Source of the DNA: Orbicella franksi
Taxonomy: Eukaryota
Reading direction: 5' to 3'
DNA length: 64,000 nucleotides
Assembly: GCA_964199315.1 (NCBI GenBank)
Contig: OZ116706.1
Span: forward strand, 31,124,001 to 31,188,000
Shown: positions 22,801 through 34,885 of the stretch, in pieces
How the letters are laid out: the number at the start of each line of letters is the position of its first letter
Position numbering within the stretch: the stretch's first letter is position 1
The notes under the pieces: model-generated
The model's database searches: none
The model's input: only the letters and a program-made list of their open reading frames with translations
What the model was told of the DNA's origin: nothing
Position numbers and translations under genes: made by a program

Positions 22801-25800
22801 CGGATAACATTCTTGGCCTGACATCTTATTTATAACCTTTATTTACCCTTGGCAATGTTTATACCACAAGTGCTAGTGGGGCCGAGCAAACAACTGAAAC
22901 AAATAATTCAAATTGAAAATAACATTGTTAAGAATCCCAACGTCTTCCAATTTTACAGCTCAATGCTGCCTTTGGTCCATTTCTGTGATAAATTCCATGC
23001 CAAAATTTTGATTTGTGTGACTTGTGTAGGCCAGGGCTTTATTAGGGTAACTACATCCAAGTGCTTTATGGGGCTGGCTCTAAAAAGCAGGTGTGGCAGC
23101 TTGTCACAAATGTTACAGTGGTGTATTTTCAAAGCATGAACATTTAGTGATCAGCAAGGTATCTTTTTCAACAGTTCTGAGCAACTCAAGCAAAGATTTT
23201 CATTCCTTCAGTTGAAGTATAGGGACTTGTACTCTGTTCTGGATGCAGCAAAGGTTTGTTCAAAATTGGCTTTAGTTAGAACTAATGATTTTAGTAATCA
23301 TAATGCAATGCTTATAAGGTTGGTACATACTGAATTACTTTAGTTACATGTAAGGTATCAAATTTCCTTGAAATATTTTTGATTGGTGTAAACTTGCTTG
23401 TCAGGTTGCTGATTCTCTGCTGTTTCTTCTCTCTGCCACACATCCAGTGGATTCATTTGGTGAGAAGTGTCTGTCGTGTATCTTTGCGCAAGGCTTACCA
23501 ACATATTTTCTTGGATTGCAGGTACAATGTTTGTTAAATATCAGTTGTAAGCCTTTACAGGTTTTAATAACTTTCTTGCTTAGTGTCTGTGACCTTGAAT
23601 ACAGTGTACATGTATGTTGAAATTGTTTGAAATTCTGAATGTTGTTATTGTATGCTTGTTTCAATCTACTGCATGTGTACATATGTTTCTTTAAGGGTTT
23701 GGAGAAAATATCAACAAAGAAAAGGAATGATGTAAAGAAACAAGTTCAAAAGATAGTAGAAAAAAGGTACGCTAAATTTTAGTTTTTGGAGATGTAATAC
23801 TCAGCATTTTCAGCTTAAATTATAGTAAAAAGGGTTTAATCACTAGCTGTTAGACTTTGATTTCAGTTTTTTTAAGCTAACCATAAATAATGTAAAGGAT
23901 GCTCTGAAACCAAGGATAAACAAATGAATCTTTTATGTCATAGCTGAGGGTGTGGTGGCCTCGTGGCTAGTGTGCTTACTACAAGATCGAGTGGTCCAGG
24001 TTCAAGCCCTCTCCGGGAACATTGTCCTTGGGCAAGACACTTTACTGTCACAGTGCATCTCCAGACAGGTGTATAATTGGGTACTGGTGAACTTAATGCT
24101 GGGGGTAACCCTGCAATGCACTAGCATCCCATCCAGGGGGGAGTAAGTCAAGTCCCTTCATGCTACTGAAACCATAGACAAGCATCAGCCTGATGGGCCA
24201 CTTAACTCATATGCTGGTCACTTTTACATTTAGATCATAAATCATATCTAATTTGAGTTAAGACAAATATTTTTATGTGTTATTTGTCTCAATCGCTGCA
24301 GGTCATAGACACCCCTATACACATCTAACTGACAGGTCACTGCTTGGACCCTGTAGAGAAGCCAGTTATCATATGTCTTGCTGTGTAACACTGAGACCTC
24401 CATAATACAGACACCGTTCTTCCCCTTTGTAGCATTTTGACTACAGTCTGCCACATTGACTCACAGCATGTTTTCTTTACTGTTTCTGTCACAGATTTCC
24501 TAGAGATAAATTTCATAGTCTGGAAACCCCCCAGGTGAGGAATTACCCAAAACTGCAAAATAATTATTTTAAATTCACCATTTAAATCAAATTTGCTAAT
24601 TTTTCAAATTGACTGCCTAGTAATAATGTGAGTTTTAGGTTTCTTAAGTTTGTAACACAATATTTTAAGCTTACAATGTTTCAGAGTGCCTCACATTGTA
24701 AAAGAGGTTTCCATGATGACATTTTCTGAGCTGCTGTTATGTTTAAAGGCATACTAAATTCCAATGGATGATTCAAACTATGTACGCATTAGAATGAATT
24801 TAGGATAATCACTTGCAAATAGTTTAAAAGTTGATGAAGTTTTGAGTTCTGTTTAAAAGCTGACATATATGTATTTGTTGAACTACAGCAACTTTCACTA
24901 CATTAGACTGTCTGTATAATTAAATTATTACCTTATTTCTTAGATATTTCTTAGATATTAACAAGGCAGATGTTAAAATATTCCTTTGCAGGATGCACTT
25001 GTAGCATTGAGGTTAATATCCAATCAGCATCAAAGAGTAATCCATTTTCGTGACATACGCCCCCACATTTTAGCAGAAAGTACAACTTATGAACTAAATA
25101 GTGAAGTGACAGATGTCCCCAGGGGAACCCTGAAGGTGTGCGGTTTTGTCAGGGGGAGGCACCTTTGTGTTAACAGGTTGGTTCATCTGCCAGGATATGG
25201 AGATTTTCAAATGTTACAGGTGAATATAATTGCCTTGTAAAATAAAATGTGACTTGGTTGTACATGTAATTCTCACTAATCCAGCATCATTGCTCACTTG
25301 ATACATTCCTTGTGTGAAAGATGTATGAGGCTAAATCTGGTAATGTATACACAACATGTTGATCTGTGGTTTCTTGTTTAATACTTATATTCAAGTTTTA
25401 TTAGCTATTAAGAACAATGGGCTTCCACCAATGTTTTAAGAAAATGTAAAAACAATGCAACCACATCAGTGAGTTAGTTCACAAGAGACTTCACTCTAAG
25501 AAGATATAAATTAAAAATATGTACAGTAGCTGGTAATCCAAAATAAAGATTAAGATCTAAACTAGTCAGGTGACCGGCATTTATTAACAATTACATGATT
25601 TTGTATGTCGAGACTAGCTTGTTTTGACTTGTTTCAACTTGTTTCAGGGTTGCTTTTAAAACACAATGTTTATACAGCTTTTTACATGTTCTTGTGTCTT
25701 TATTGCTACATTAGATTGATGCACCTCCAGACCCTTTCAAATGGCAGAAACAAAAAAGCTCTTCAAATAACAAAGGAGATTCAATGGCTGTTGTAAGTAA

Positions 25801-28800
25801 CATCTTTTTCAAGGAAGTGTCATCTACATGTATCCAAAAAACTTGACTGTTCACTGTACATGTACTGCTCACTAAAGGTGCTCACTGATTTTGTGACACT
25901 TTCACTTCCAAAGCCAGAGATGAAACCTGTATGTGTTACCATTCAGGAGCATACAGTTTATTATGCTTTACAAGGTAACACTACATCCGTACATACAAAA
26001 TGTGTGGAGAAAACCCTTGGTGTGTGGCCATTCAATGTTTGTTTTTTTGTTTTGTTTTGTTTTTTTAAAGTTTGAATGGCAATCACAGACAAAATCTTGT
26101 TCACTTTGTGAACTGTTCATAAGGAATTTGAGTGAACAGTACTACATGGAAGTGTGCTTTTTGCGTTTTTTTTCATGAATAAAAGAATCTGAAGTCATAG
26201 TAACAATTTTAATGTAAGTCCTTCATAATTTTGACCTTCATTTTGGTACATGTGCATGTAGGACAGGGAAGATGGAACAAATGCCATGGATGAAGACATG
26301 AAGCTGCTGGCTCGAGCAGACCCAGCTTTCCAAGAATCACTGCAATCAGAGGTAGAACCCGACCCAATGGAAGGCGAGCAAACATGGCCCACTGACGAAG
26401 AGCTTAAGCAAGCAGAAGGTGTGACTCCAAAGTATTCCATTACAATCCTTGGTCAGACATATTTCCAATCCTCCATCCTCATTAGGGGATCAAGCCCTGG
26501 TCTCCTGTACAACAGGGATCTTCACCACTACACCACAAGACACCTTAGAGGATTTGTAGTGAAAAGAATAGAACTCCTTTACATCTTTTAATCTTGAAGT
26601 TTATAAATATCATTCAGTTGAAAAATGAGTTAAAAATTAATTGTGATTTTAATCGTAATTGGAGGGGGTCATGAGTTCAGCTTCCATTAGAGACTCGTTG
26701 CAAACGGAACTTTAACATTTTTCATACCTCATTTACAGAGCTTAAAATGTACATGTATAATCTTTCTGCAAACCTTGGAGTGCTGTGCAATTATTTGATT
26801 GGTTAACAAACATCTGAAATAGTAGGAACAATCAAACGTATTATTACTATCTTGTTCTTTTGGTCATACTCATTACTGTAACTACATGTACTTGGCTCAT
26901 AGACCATACAAGTTCACCACTTACACTAAAACTTTTGAATTTTATCTGCATAAACAGATGCACTTCAAGAAAAGAAAGTTCTTAAAAGAGTACCAAAGGG
27001 CACGTCTGATTATCAGGCAGCCTGGATAACAAACAGTGACGATGAAGAGGAGCCAGGTGACGGTGAAAATGATGAAGATAATGAATTTGAGGAAGAAATG
27101 GAAGGCAGTGATAGTGAGCAGTCCATGGTAATGATCTTTCTGATTTGCTGAAGTCGTTTGAATATGAAAATGCTTTCTTGTTTGTAGCTTGAGTAAATTC
27201 GATTCTGTCCCTGCTCGGAGATCAAGTGGTGATGTAGATTTGCAGTTCAAGATTGGTCTTTTTCTGCCGTAACTTAACTCTGGCCACAATGTTTATATAT
27301 CTGCTTGAACTTTATGAAGAAAATGACTTTTGTTGTTGAAGTTCCAACTGTTTTTATTTTTTACATTTGTTTACAGCATGATGATGAAGAACAGTATGAA
27401 ACAGTAAGTCAGAAGCCAGTCAGTTGTTGTTGTCTTAGTTTTTTAATGTTGCTATGAAATCACAGGAGACACTTTTGTTATTTAAACATTATTTTTTGTG
27501 TGTGTGATCTGACTAACTAGGTTAGTGCTGTCAGAACTGATCCTTCCTTGTTAATTGTAATGAAAAGTTAAGGGACTTTCAGTTTGTATACTTTTAAAAA
27601 CAACTGTTCATCGCCTGAGCCAAGACGGATCAGCTTTTGATTTCTCCTCATGATGTCAAGCCTACAGGTCATGAGAACTAAGTATATTATTGCCATAGAA
27701 AAAAGTCTAATTCTCCTTACTGGTACTGTATGAAATGTACAGACACGAACTAAGAAGAACTTGTGTGTTGATCCATGGAAATTGTTTCTCTGAAGTTTGC
27801 GCTCTGTACGTGTAGGTGAGTTTAGCGGCCACTGACACAGACAACGTTAAATACGATGAAAATATTGACGTGGATGAAGAAAGAGAACAGTAAGTGGTTA
27901 TAAATAATTATATTCAACATTCGTTCGGCGACTGCAAGAAGCTTTTTTGTCATAAGCCAAATTTTCCTTCCAATGGAGGGAAGCTTCGAATGAAGAGCTG
28001 TGTAAGATAGAGCACGACAGCAAGAAGTGAACCAAATAGAAGGATGGCTTGGAGTAAGGCAGACTAAGGCAAGCAATAAACTTTTGCGTGTTGTACGGAC
28101 ACCGACTATTTAATTTTTTGGATTAGGGCAGTATTTTCTCGTGTTTTGAATGAAATGGCTGTTCACGCAAGAATTAATTTTGCTGAACTGTTCCAGGTTG
28201 GAGAAAATCCGTGCAGAGAGAGAAAACGAAATGTTTCCAGATGAAATGGACACGCCCATAGATCAAGCTGCTCGAGTTCGATTTCAGAGGTTTGTTCGAT
28301 GTCGGCATTATTAATACTAATACTACTAAACGGCCAATGTAAGATTGCCATTGATTCTGTTCATCTTTTTCTTCTAATTAGTTAATAAATCCATATTGAC
28401 ACAAAAAATCAGTTAAAAAAATCGCACGTTCGCTACAAGCCCGGACCACTCATTGACTCAAAGGAGCAGCAGCAGATGGCAGATTTTTTTGCCGTTCTGG
28501 GGAAAACAGTACTGATGCTTATTTTCTCCGTATATGTACACTGTAATAAAAAGGAGGAACAAACATTGCATTAGCTTTTAAACAGAGTTCAAAGTTAACA
28601 GTATTTTTTTCCTTCGTAGATACCGTGGCCTGAAGAGTTTCCGTACTTCGCCGTGGGACCCAAAGGAAAACCTTCCATCAGATTACGCCAGGTATGGTTA
28701 TTGTGGACAAAACCGAAAACACACCACAAACTGACAATGCACACAGTTAGTGTGTGAACTTGTTTTTATTATCTTCGCACCTTTACTGTATGTAGGACTT

Positions 28801-31800
28801 GAGCAGAAGATTTTGCCCCACAAGCCCGGCTTATAGTTATATCTGTATGTTTGTAGAATATTCCAGTTTGAGAACTTCAAAAGAACAAAGAAGCGAGTAT
28901 TGGAAGAAGATGATGTGGATGCAGCGTTGGTGAGATTAACATCTCTGTACTGAACTATAATAATTTTAATTTTTAAGATTACGACATTTTTTAATTTATA
29001 AGACATGTTTCGATGTTACTAACATCATCGTCGGTTACAGAATATTTGAAAAACCGTTAGGACTATATAACAACTAGGCGAACCATGCATAATTAATTAT
29101 GATTAAGTGACAAAAATAGATTACATATTTGAGTGAGTTACAAAGTGTTTGAAAGAATATAAAGCCTAAAGCTTAAGGGACGTCATGAACTTGTTGACTT
29201 AAATTGGACTTTTCCCAATTTATATGCACAGCCTCCTTAAGTTTAAGTTGAAATTTAGTAGGAGCGGAATCAAGGATTTTGAAACAATCCGCAATCTTAC
29301 GAGTTTGAGGCTGTTGTTTTTTAATGTGTTAAGGACAACTTGAACAAAGTTCTGCGTGTTACGACTACAGTCATGATTTGGTATCTTGTATATTTTTCTC
29401 GTAGCCTGGCTGGTACGTGTCCATTCATATCGCTAATGTTCCGCGTGCATTTATGGGTAAGATTAACTAGTTAAGAAATGTTTGTTTGTTTGTTTGTTTT
29501 TTTGATAATTCTCATGATCACAAGGTTAGCCGTCCTATCCAGAACTCAATTTTAATAATACAAGTGCTGTATAATCCCCAGCATTTCATTTCACAGCAGT
29601 CATTTATTAATGCGGTGATAAATCCTTGCTTTACTTTTTATCACACGAAACCGCTGAAAGAGACTGAGGTCGCGCCTGGTAACACGCGCCAAATATGGAA
29701 GAAACTGCTGTAGTTAGTAAGTGATTGGCTTCGGTTTTGTCTCTAGAATCAATGGAGCCCAGTTCTTCGCTGGTGATATTTGGATTGCTTCCTCACGAAC
29801 AAAAGGTAAGAATCAGGATTCACTGTTTTGAAAAGAACATGTTGGGTTAGACGTTCAATTTTTAACTGTTCATGTTTGTTTCTGTTTTGACAAGAGGATG
29901 GTGGGATAAACGTTCAATTTTTAACTGTTCATGTTTATGGTTTGTTAACTCAGGTGTCAGTGGTTCATTTCGTGCTCAAGAGACATCCAACATTTAAGGA
30001 TCCCGTTCAATCCAAGGTGAGTCCATATTGATACAGTCCTTTACAAAGACGCTGGTAACATATGCTAGTAAAGATACGATATTAAAGATCATTATAGATC
30101 ATAGGCGGCAACATCTTCCACTGGACGGCAAAATATGCGTGAATAATTTTTGGCCGCAACCATGGAAATATTCTTTACCCGACTTGACATTACAATAACA
30201 TTGCCCAACTCGTTTACTACATAACCCTGGCTTGTAGCTGCTACATATACGTGTTCGTGCCTATTATTTAAATCGTCCAGTGTTGATTTCTGTAGGTGCT
30301 TTAACTCGTATTGAACCATTTTTTGCCAGGAAAGACTGATTTTCCATTGCGGTTACCGAAGATTTTCAGCGTGTCCCGTATTTTCTCAGCATACATCGGG
30401 GGATAAACACAAGGTGAGACTGTTCAAAGTTGCCACGCCACATATCAGCCAAATATACGATTTGAATTCAGATAGAAGCATTATATTTATATATCAAAAA
30501 ATGCACTTTCTGGAAACATTTGAGCATGAAGATTTTAATCCTCAGTTCATATCGTTCTAATATAAATGGTTTGTTTCTTAAAATATTACTATTACTAATG
30601 GTATTGTGAGAATCAAAATGCTTGGCTCAGTGCCGTTATTAAATGTGAAGGGTAGAACAATTGAGTTGATATCTTGTTCTGTTTTCAGTTGGAGCGGTTT
30701 ATGCCACAAGAAGGAGCATTTGTGGCCACACTCTACGCGCCTATCATGTTCCCTCCCGCCCCAGTCCTAGTCTTCACACAGGATAAACACACAAGTAAGT
30801 GACTTGAAACACGCGAAGTAAGACCAGTGCTTGATTCAAGTGCCTCTACTCAATCCAGAACCTACATAACTCATTCGTTGCGGTGAGCACTTGTTTAACC
30901 TTGCATTATTAGGCAGACTCTCCGTCAATGAAAAAAAAAAAAACGTATTCGCTGAAATATTAAACACAAATGAGATATGATAATGAATACTTTTTTAAGG
31001 GAATTTTCACATAGGGATAACCCCTTAACTTCCTTTTCTAGAGGCATCTACTTTTTTCTCTTTATTTTTAGTTTTTTATTGTATATCTAGTTTGCTTCTA
31101 GACTAGAAATGAAGTATGTATGCAAGTGTATGTACTTCTCTGTTTTGGCTCATCTTAGTGTCTCATTATGTTTGTGTAGGTTGCCACAGCCTCGTGGCTA
31201 CAGGATCGCTGTACAAAGTCGATCCCGACAGAATTGTCGCTAAGAAGATCGTGCTAAGTGGACATCCTTTCAAGATCAACAAACGATCAGTTGTATTACG
31301 ATATATGTTTTTTAATAGAGGTCAGCACTGTTGCGGCTGTTACTAATCTGCTTACTGACAAACACGATATTTCTCAATACAAAATAAACACACTTTTTAT
31401 GCGGTAGACAAGTCGTTAGCTAGGAGTTTCTTTCTTGATGTTTCTCCAGATTCCCAAAAATAACATTAAAAGAACTGAATAGCAATTGCATGTAGTGATG
31501 AGAATTAATCTTGAATTTATTTGAATAACAGTAATCTCTAATTAATCGTGAACAATGATACAGGAGATATATAATGCATTCATTGAGTTAAATCGTAGTT
31601 AACCTTGTTCTGATTCTCGTATGTTGTAGAGGATATCCAGTGGTTTAAGCCAGTAGAACTCTTTACCAAATATGGAAGAAGGGGCCACATCCGGGAACCT
31701 CTAGGTTGGTAAAGATAATGCTGTGTTCATTGCCAAATGCTGGTGTCGTTGTAGTTGTTTTTGTTACACTACTTCCCAATGTAACTGAGTTTTTCGGTAC

Positions 31801-32347
31801 TCCTGACAAGATTAAATTTGTTCTATTTAGGTTATACCGTTTGTCAAAAGGGTTTAGTTTTACGCAGATGATAAAAAATTTCATCTTGTGTCTAAGGCCA
31901 TTTTATAACAAATTTTAAAACGAACAAAGTCGAAACTGAAAGCAATTTCTTAAAGGAACCAAAGGAATTGTCGAAAAAAGATCCTACAGTATTACGATAT
32001 AACTGTCAATCCAAAACAAGCTTGAAAACATGACCGTTTTTATCTATTATGACCCGTTTTCGTTGTTACCATGGTAATAATGCCTTTGTTATGGTTTCTG
32101 TCATTTGGATTATGTCTCTTAAACCAATCCACTGTTGTTGTTTGTGATCTACTCAGTAAGTTGCTTTGATTGTTTTACAGGAACACATGGACACATGAAG
32201 TGCGTATTTGACGGAGCTATCAAAGCCCAAGACACTGTCTGCATGAACTTGTACAAACGAGTATTCCCTAAATGGACATACGAGCCCGCGATATTGCCAC
32301 CTCCAGCAGAAGCAGTAGGGGACACTGAAGATACTATGGAAATATAA
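19812..32347 (+). CDS. TSR1: Pre-rRNA-processing protein TSR1 homolog (40S biogenesis, Bms1/Tsr1 family), 802 aa
   Basis: join(19812..19926,20867..20937,21640..21726,21979..22088,23175..23253,23405..23521,23696..23766,24495..24534,24992..25219,25715..25792,26262..26418,26958..27127,27377..27403,27816..27889,28197..28289,28620..28691,28857..28929,29405..29456,29747..29805,29954..30016,30330..30413,30689..30794,31180..31320,31630..31704,32181..32347), 2409 nt. Motifs: [82 protein letters not shown]. Confidence 0.95.
22706..22826 (+). ncRNA. Candidate intronic box C/D snoRNA in TSR1 intron 4
   Basis: Box C GTGATGA (22711-22717) and box D CTGA (22818-22821), directly preceded by AACATTCTTGGC, which is complementary to the conserved metazoan 18S rRNA segment GCCAAGAAUGUU (recalled). 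The terminal stem and C'/D' boxes are weak. Confidence 0.4.
23944..24225 (+). mobile_element. tRNA-derived SINE with conserved central domain, in TSR1 intron 7
   Basis: A box tggtggcctcgtgg, B box ggttcaagccc, followed by gtccttgggcaagacactt...caggtgtataattgggtact, typical of core-bearing invertebrate SINEs. Confidence 0.65.
28997..29385 (-). mobile_element. Penelope-like element 3' fragment: GIY-YIG endonuclease C-terminus plus minimal hammerhead ribozyme motif (28997-29039)
   Basis: The minus strand encodes [36 protein letters not shown], the PLE GIY-YIG C-terminal signature. Downstream it reads TGTAA-CCGACGA-T-GATG..CATC-GAAACATGTC-TTATA. Confidence 0.75.
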
Positions 32348-34885
32348 AACGAAAATTAAACTGGCTTCGATAAAAGTCAAGGACAGAGACGGCCAAACAA
32401 CGTACAAGAAAATAATGAGATCTTAGTTCTGTTATCAACACTAATTTGAAGGTCAACTCCTTCAAAGTCGCATTAGCGGTTCTTTACAGACTAGATACTG
32501 TTAGGTCTGGCTTAGTATTACACATACTGGGTTTGGGGTTTGCTTGTTGAAAGACTACGTACTCGTTAATACCCGTGTACCCAATCAAACAGCCACAATC
32601 TTAAATAAGTTACATACGTTATATTACTTAGCCTAGGACAATCACGTGCTGAGTCACGTACTCAGTCAGTTCTCCAAGGTAGATTTCTTTGTCCTAAAAT
32701 GGGATCCATTTTTTAAGTGAATCGATCGCAACAAAGGTAAAAGAGAAAATAGGAAGAGACACGTGGGGAATGTTTTATACCTAGCGAAACGTTTTTATGT
32801 TTTAAAAAGTTTGCCCAACTAGTGTTTTGCGAAGTTTTACATTTCTGTAGTTCAAAGTTTAAATCTTTTCTCGTTTTCTTTTGGCGTTGGTAGGATACAT
32901 AAGGTAATATGATTTGAGTTAGGATAGATAAACTTGAACGCGGGTTAATAAATACAACTGACGTACGCTAACTGTAGTTGCGAAGTAACTTCTGTTAGGA
33001 ATAGTGTGGCTAGGTTATTAATATGCATGTGGCGATTTAAAACGAGATCTGTGCCTGGGCTTTCGATCGTTAAGCGTCCCAAACGCAGTCTGGAGAAGCG
33101 CGTGTTTACTGTTTCTAAGTTGCATGACATTTCTCTTAGCTGACTGCCACATGTACATCTTCCATATATTTTCCAACCTCGTCCCAAGAGTCCTTCAGAC
33201 ATCGAATTGCCCGATGCCGATTTTCGGATTTAAGTGAATGAAAGTCTTAGAGGATAAGGTTGCCACTATTTTGTAAGAGGATATTTGACAACTTTGTCAC
33301 TTAACGTGCGAATGTTTACCAGGATTTTCTAGGAAGGAAAAAAGACAAAATAAAACGCGTCTCATCTCAAGAGCTTCATAGCAGTAACATAAGTACGTCA
33401 AAGATCGGGTTGTTTCTTTCACAATGCAGTATTGATCTCGATGTCGTAACGTCCGCTTTTAAGCCGTCTGAATTCTTGTTTTCCTACACAGCTATATTAG
33501 TACGGCTGTCGGTTTGGGGCACGTACAGCCGGCTGTTGTAGAATGTAGCTCCGGAGATGCGGGAATGTCAAAGCTGTGGCGTAGTACAAAACTGTTGCCA
33601 TGGTAACACAGATAAACATGTCCTAATATGTTTCACATTCAAAGTTGTTTTGTCGGACTCCACGGACACCTATTGCAGTCTACACCTTGAGGGTCATATA
33701 ACCGTTCAAGAGAACTTAGAGGGTGCAAACATGGTCCTAAGAAACCACATGCTTTAGTTATCAATTGTCTTATATGGAAATCTGCAAAGTTTATTCTTGT
33801 TAGCGGGCTAAGGTAAAAAAAAAGTAAAAAAAATGCGAGGAAACTGATTGTAAACTTGTACAAACCAGTTCTGGTAGAGTGGTACCTCACAGGCTTGCAG
33901 AAATTAAAGAAAAAAAAAACATTTCCGTGCTCCTATAGAGTCGTAGAAACACTAGTGGATATTTGCAAGGAGAAATGTTTTAGGAGCAGCTTTTTCGAGT
34001 TTCGTCAACCTTACACGGGTGTTTCTAGAACTTGCTAGGAACACGGAAAAGACTGTGAGAAAAAGGAAAGAGAGCACTCGTTTATTTCAATTATCAAAAT
34101 GTAAACTCTGTTTGCTCGTGCCGCCATCACGTCATGGCAACTCGAACTTGTTATGTGTTTAGGTTTGGCTTCTGAATTTTCTTGACTTGTCAGGAAATTC
34201 TTAGAAACAACATTAAAGAAATGGAGAATTTTAACTTGAACAGGTTTATGAATGCTGGTTAATGTTTTGTCTCAAAGAGTTAAAGGTCGAAAAAGGTAAA
34301 GATAAGTTACATAGTCCCATAAATCTGGGGAATTGCTATTTATTAATTTTAATTATGCAAAAGAAACCAAAGTTGTTGAACTGATGAAAAATTAATGGTT
34401 TAGTTTTGCGTGCGATGATTCTGTGTTCAACAAAGAGTTAAACACCCTCGCCATAAAGAATAGAGATTACCAATATTGGGCCATGTAAAAAATAATCAAA
34501 GAACGTATATGGCGACATTGTGAAGTGTACCGGCTTGAAATTATGACAATTTTACTCGAGTATTCCGTATTTTCTCTGGCCGTACTGTTTTGGTAATTTA
34601 TTTCGTCTCTTTCGCTCGACTTAAATTTACATCTTCTTTTTAAGGTAAACAGTGGCTTATCAAACTCGGGTAATTTATGCGCACTGCAGTTCATTGAATA
34701 TGTATGAGCAATTCAGTTAATATGTATATCTTTCCTGTTGAAGTCAGCCGATATAAGAACCTCCACAGGAGGTGCTTCAAAGACATTTTAAGCGAAGCAG
34801 CGCACTATAAAGGACTGTTGCTCAACCAGAAAAATATCACTATAGATATTAGAGTTGCAAAGAAACATAAGCCAAGAAAATCAGT

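Noticed and set aside
31496-31614. Second C/D snoRNA candidate (GTGATGA...CTGA); similar pairs at ~21208, ~24714 and ~24832
   Set aside because: No recognisable rRNA-complementary guide and no terminal stem; spacing is too short or box D is too close to the splice acceptor.
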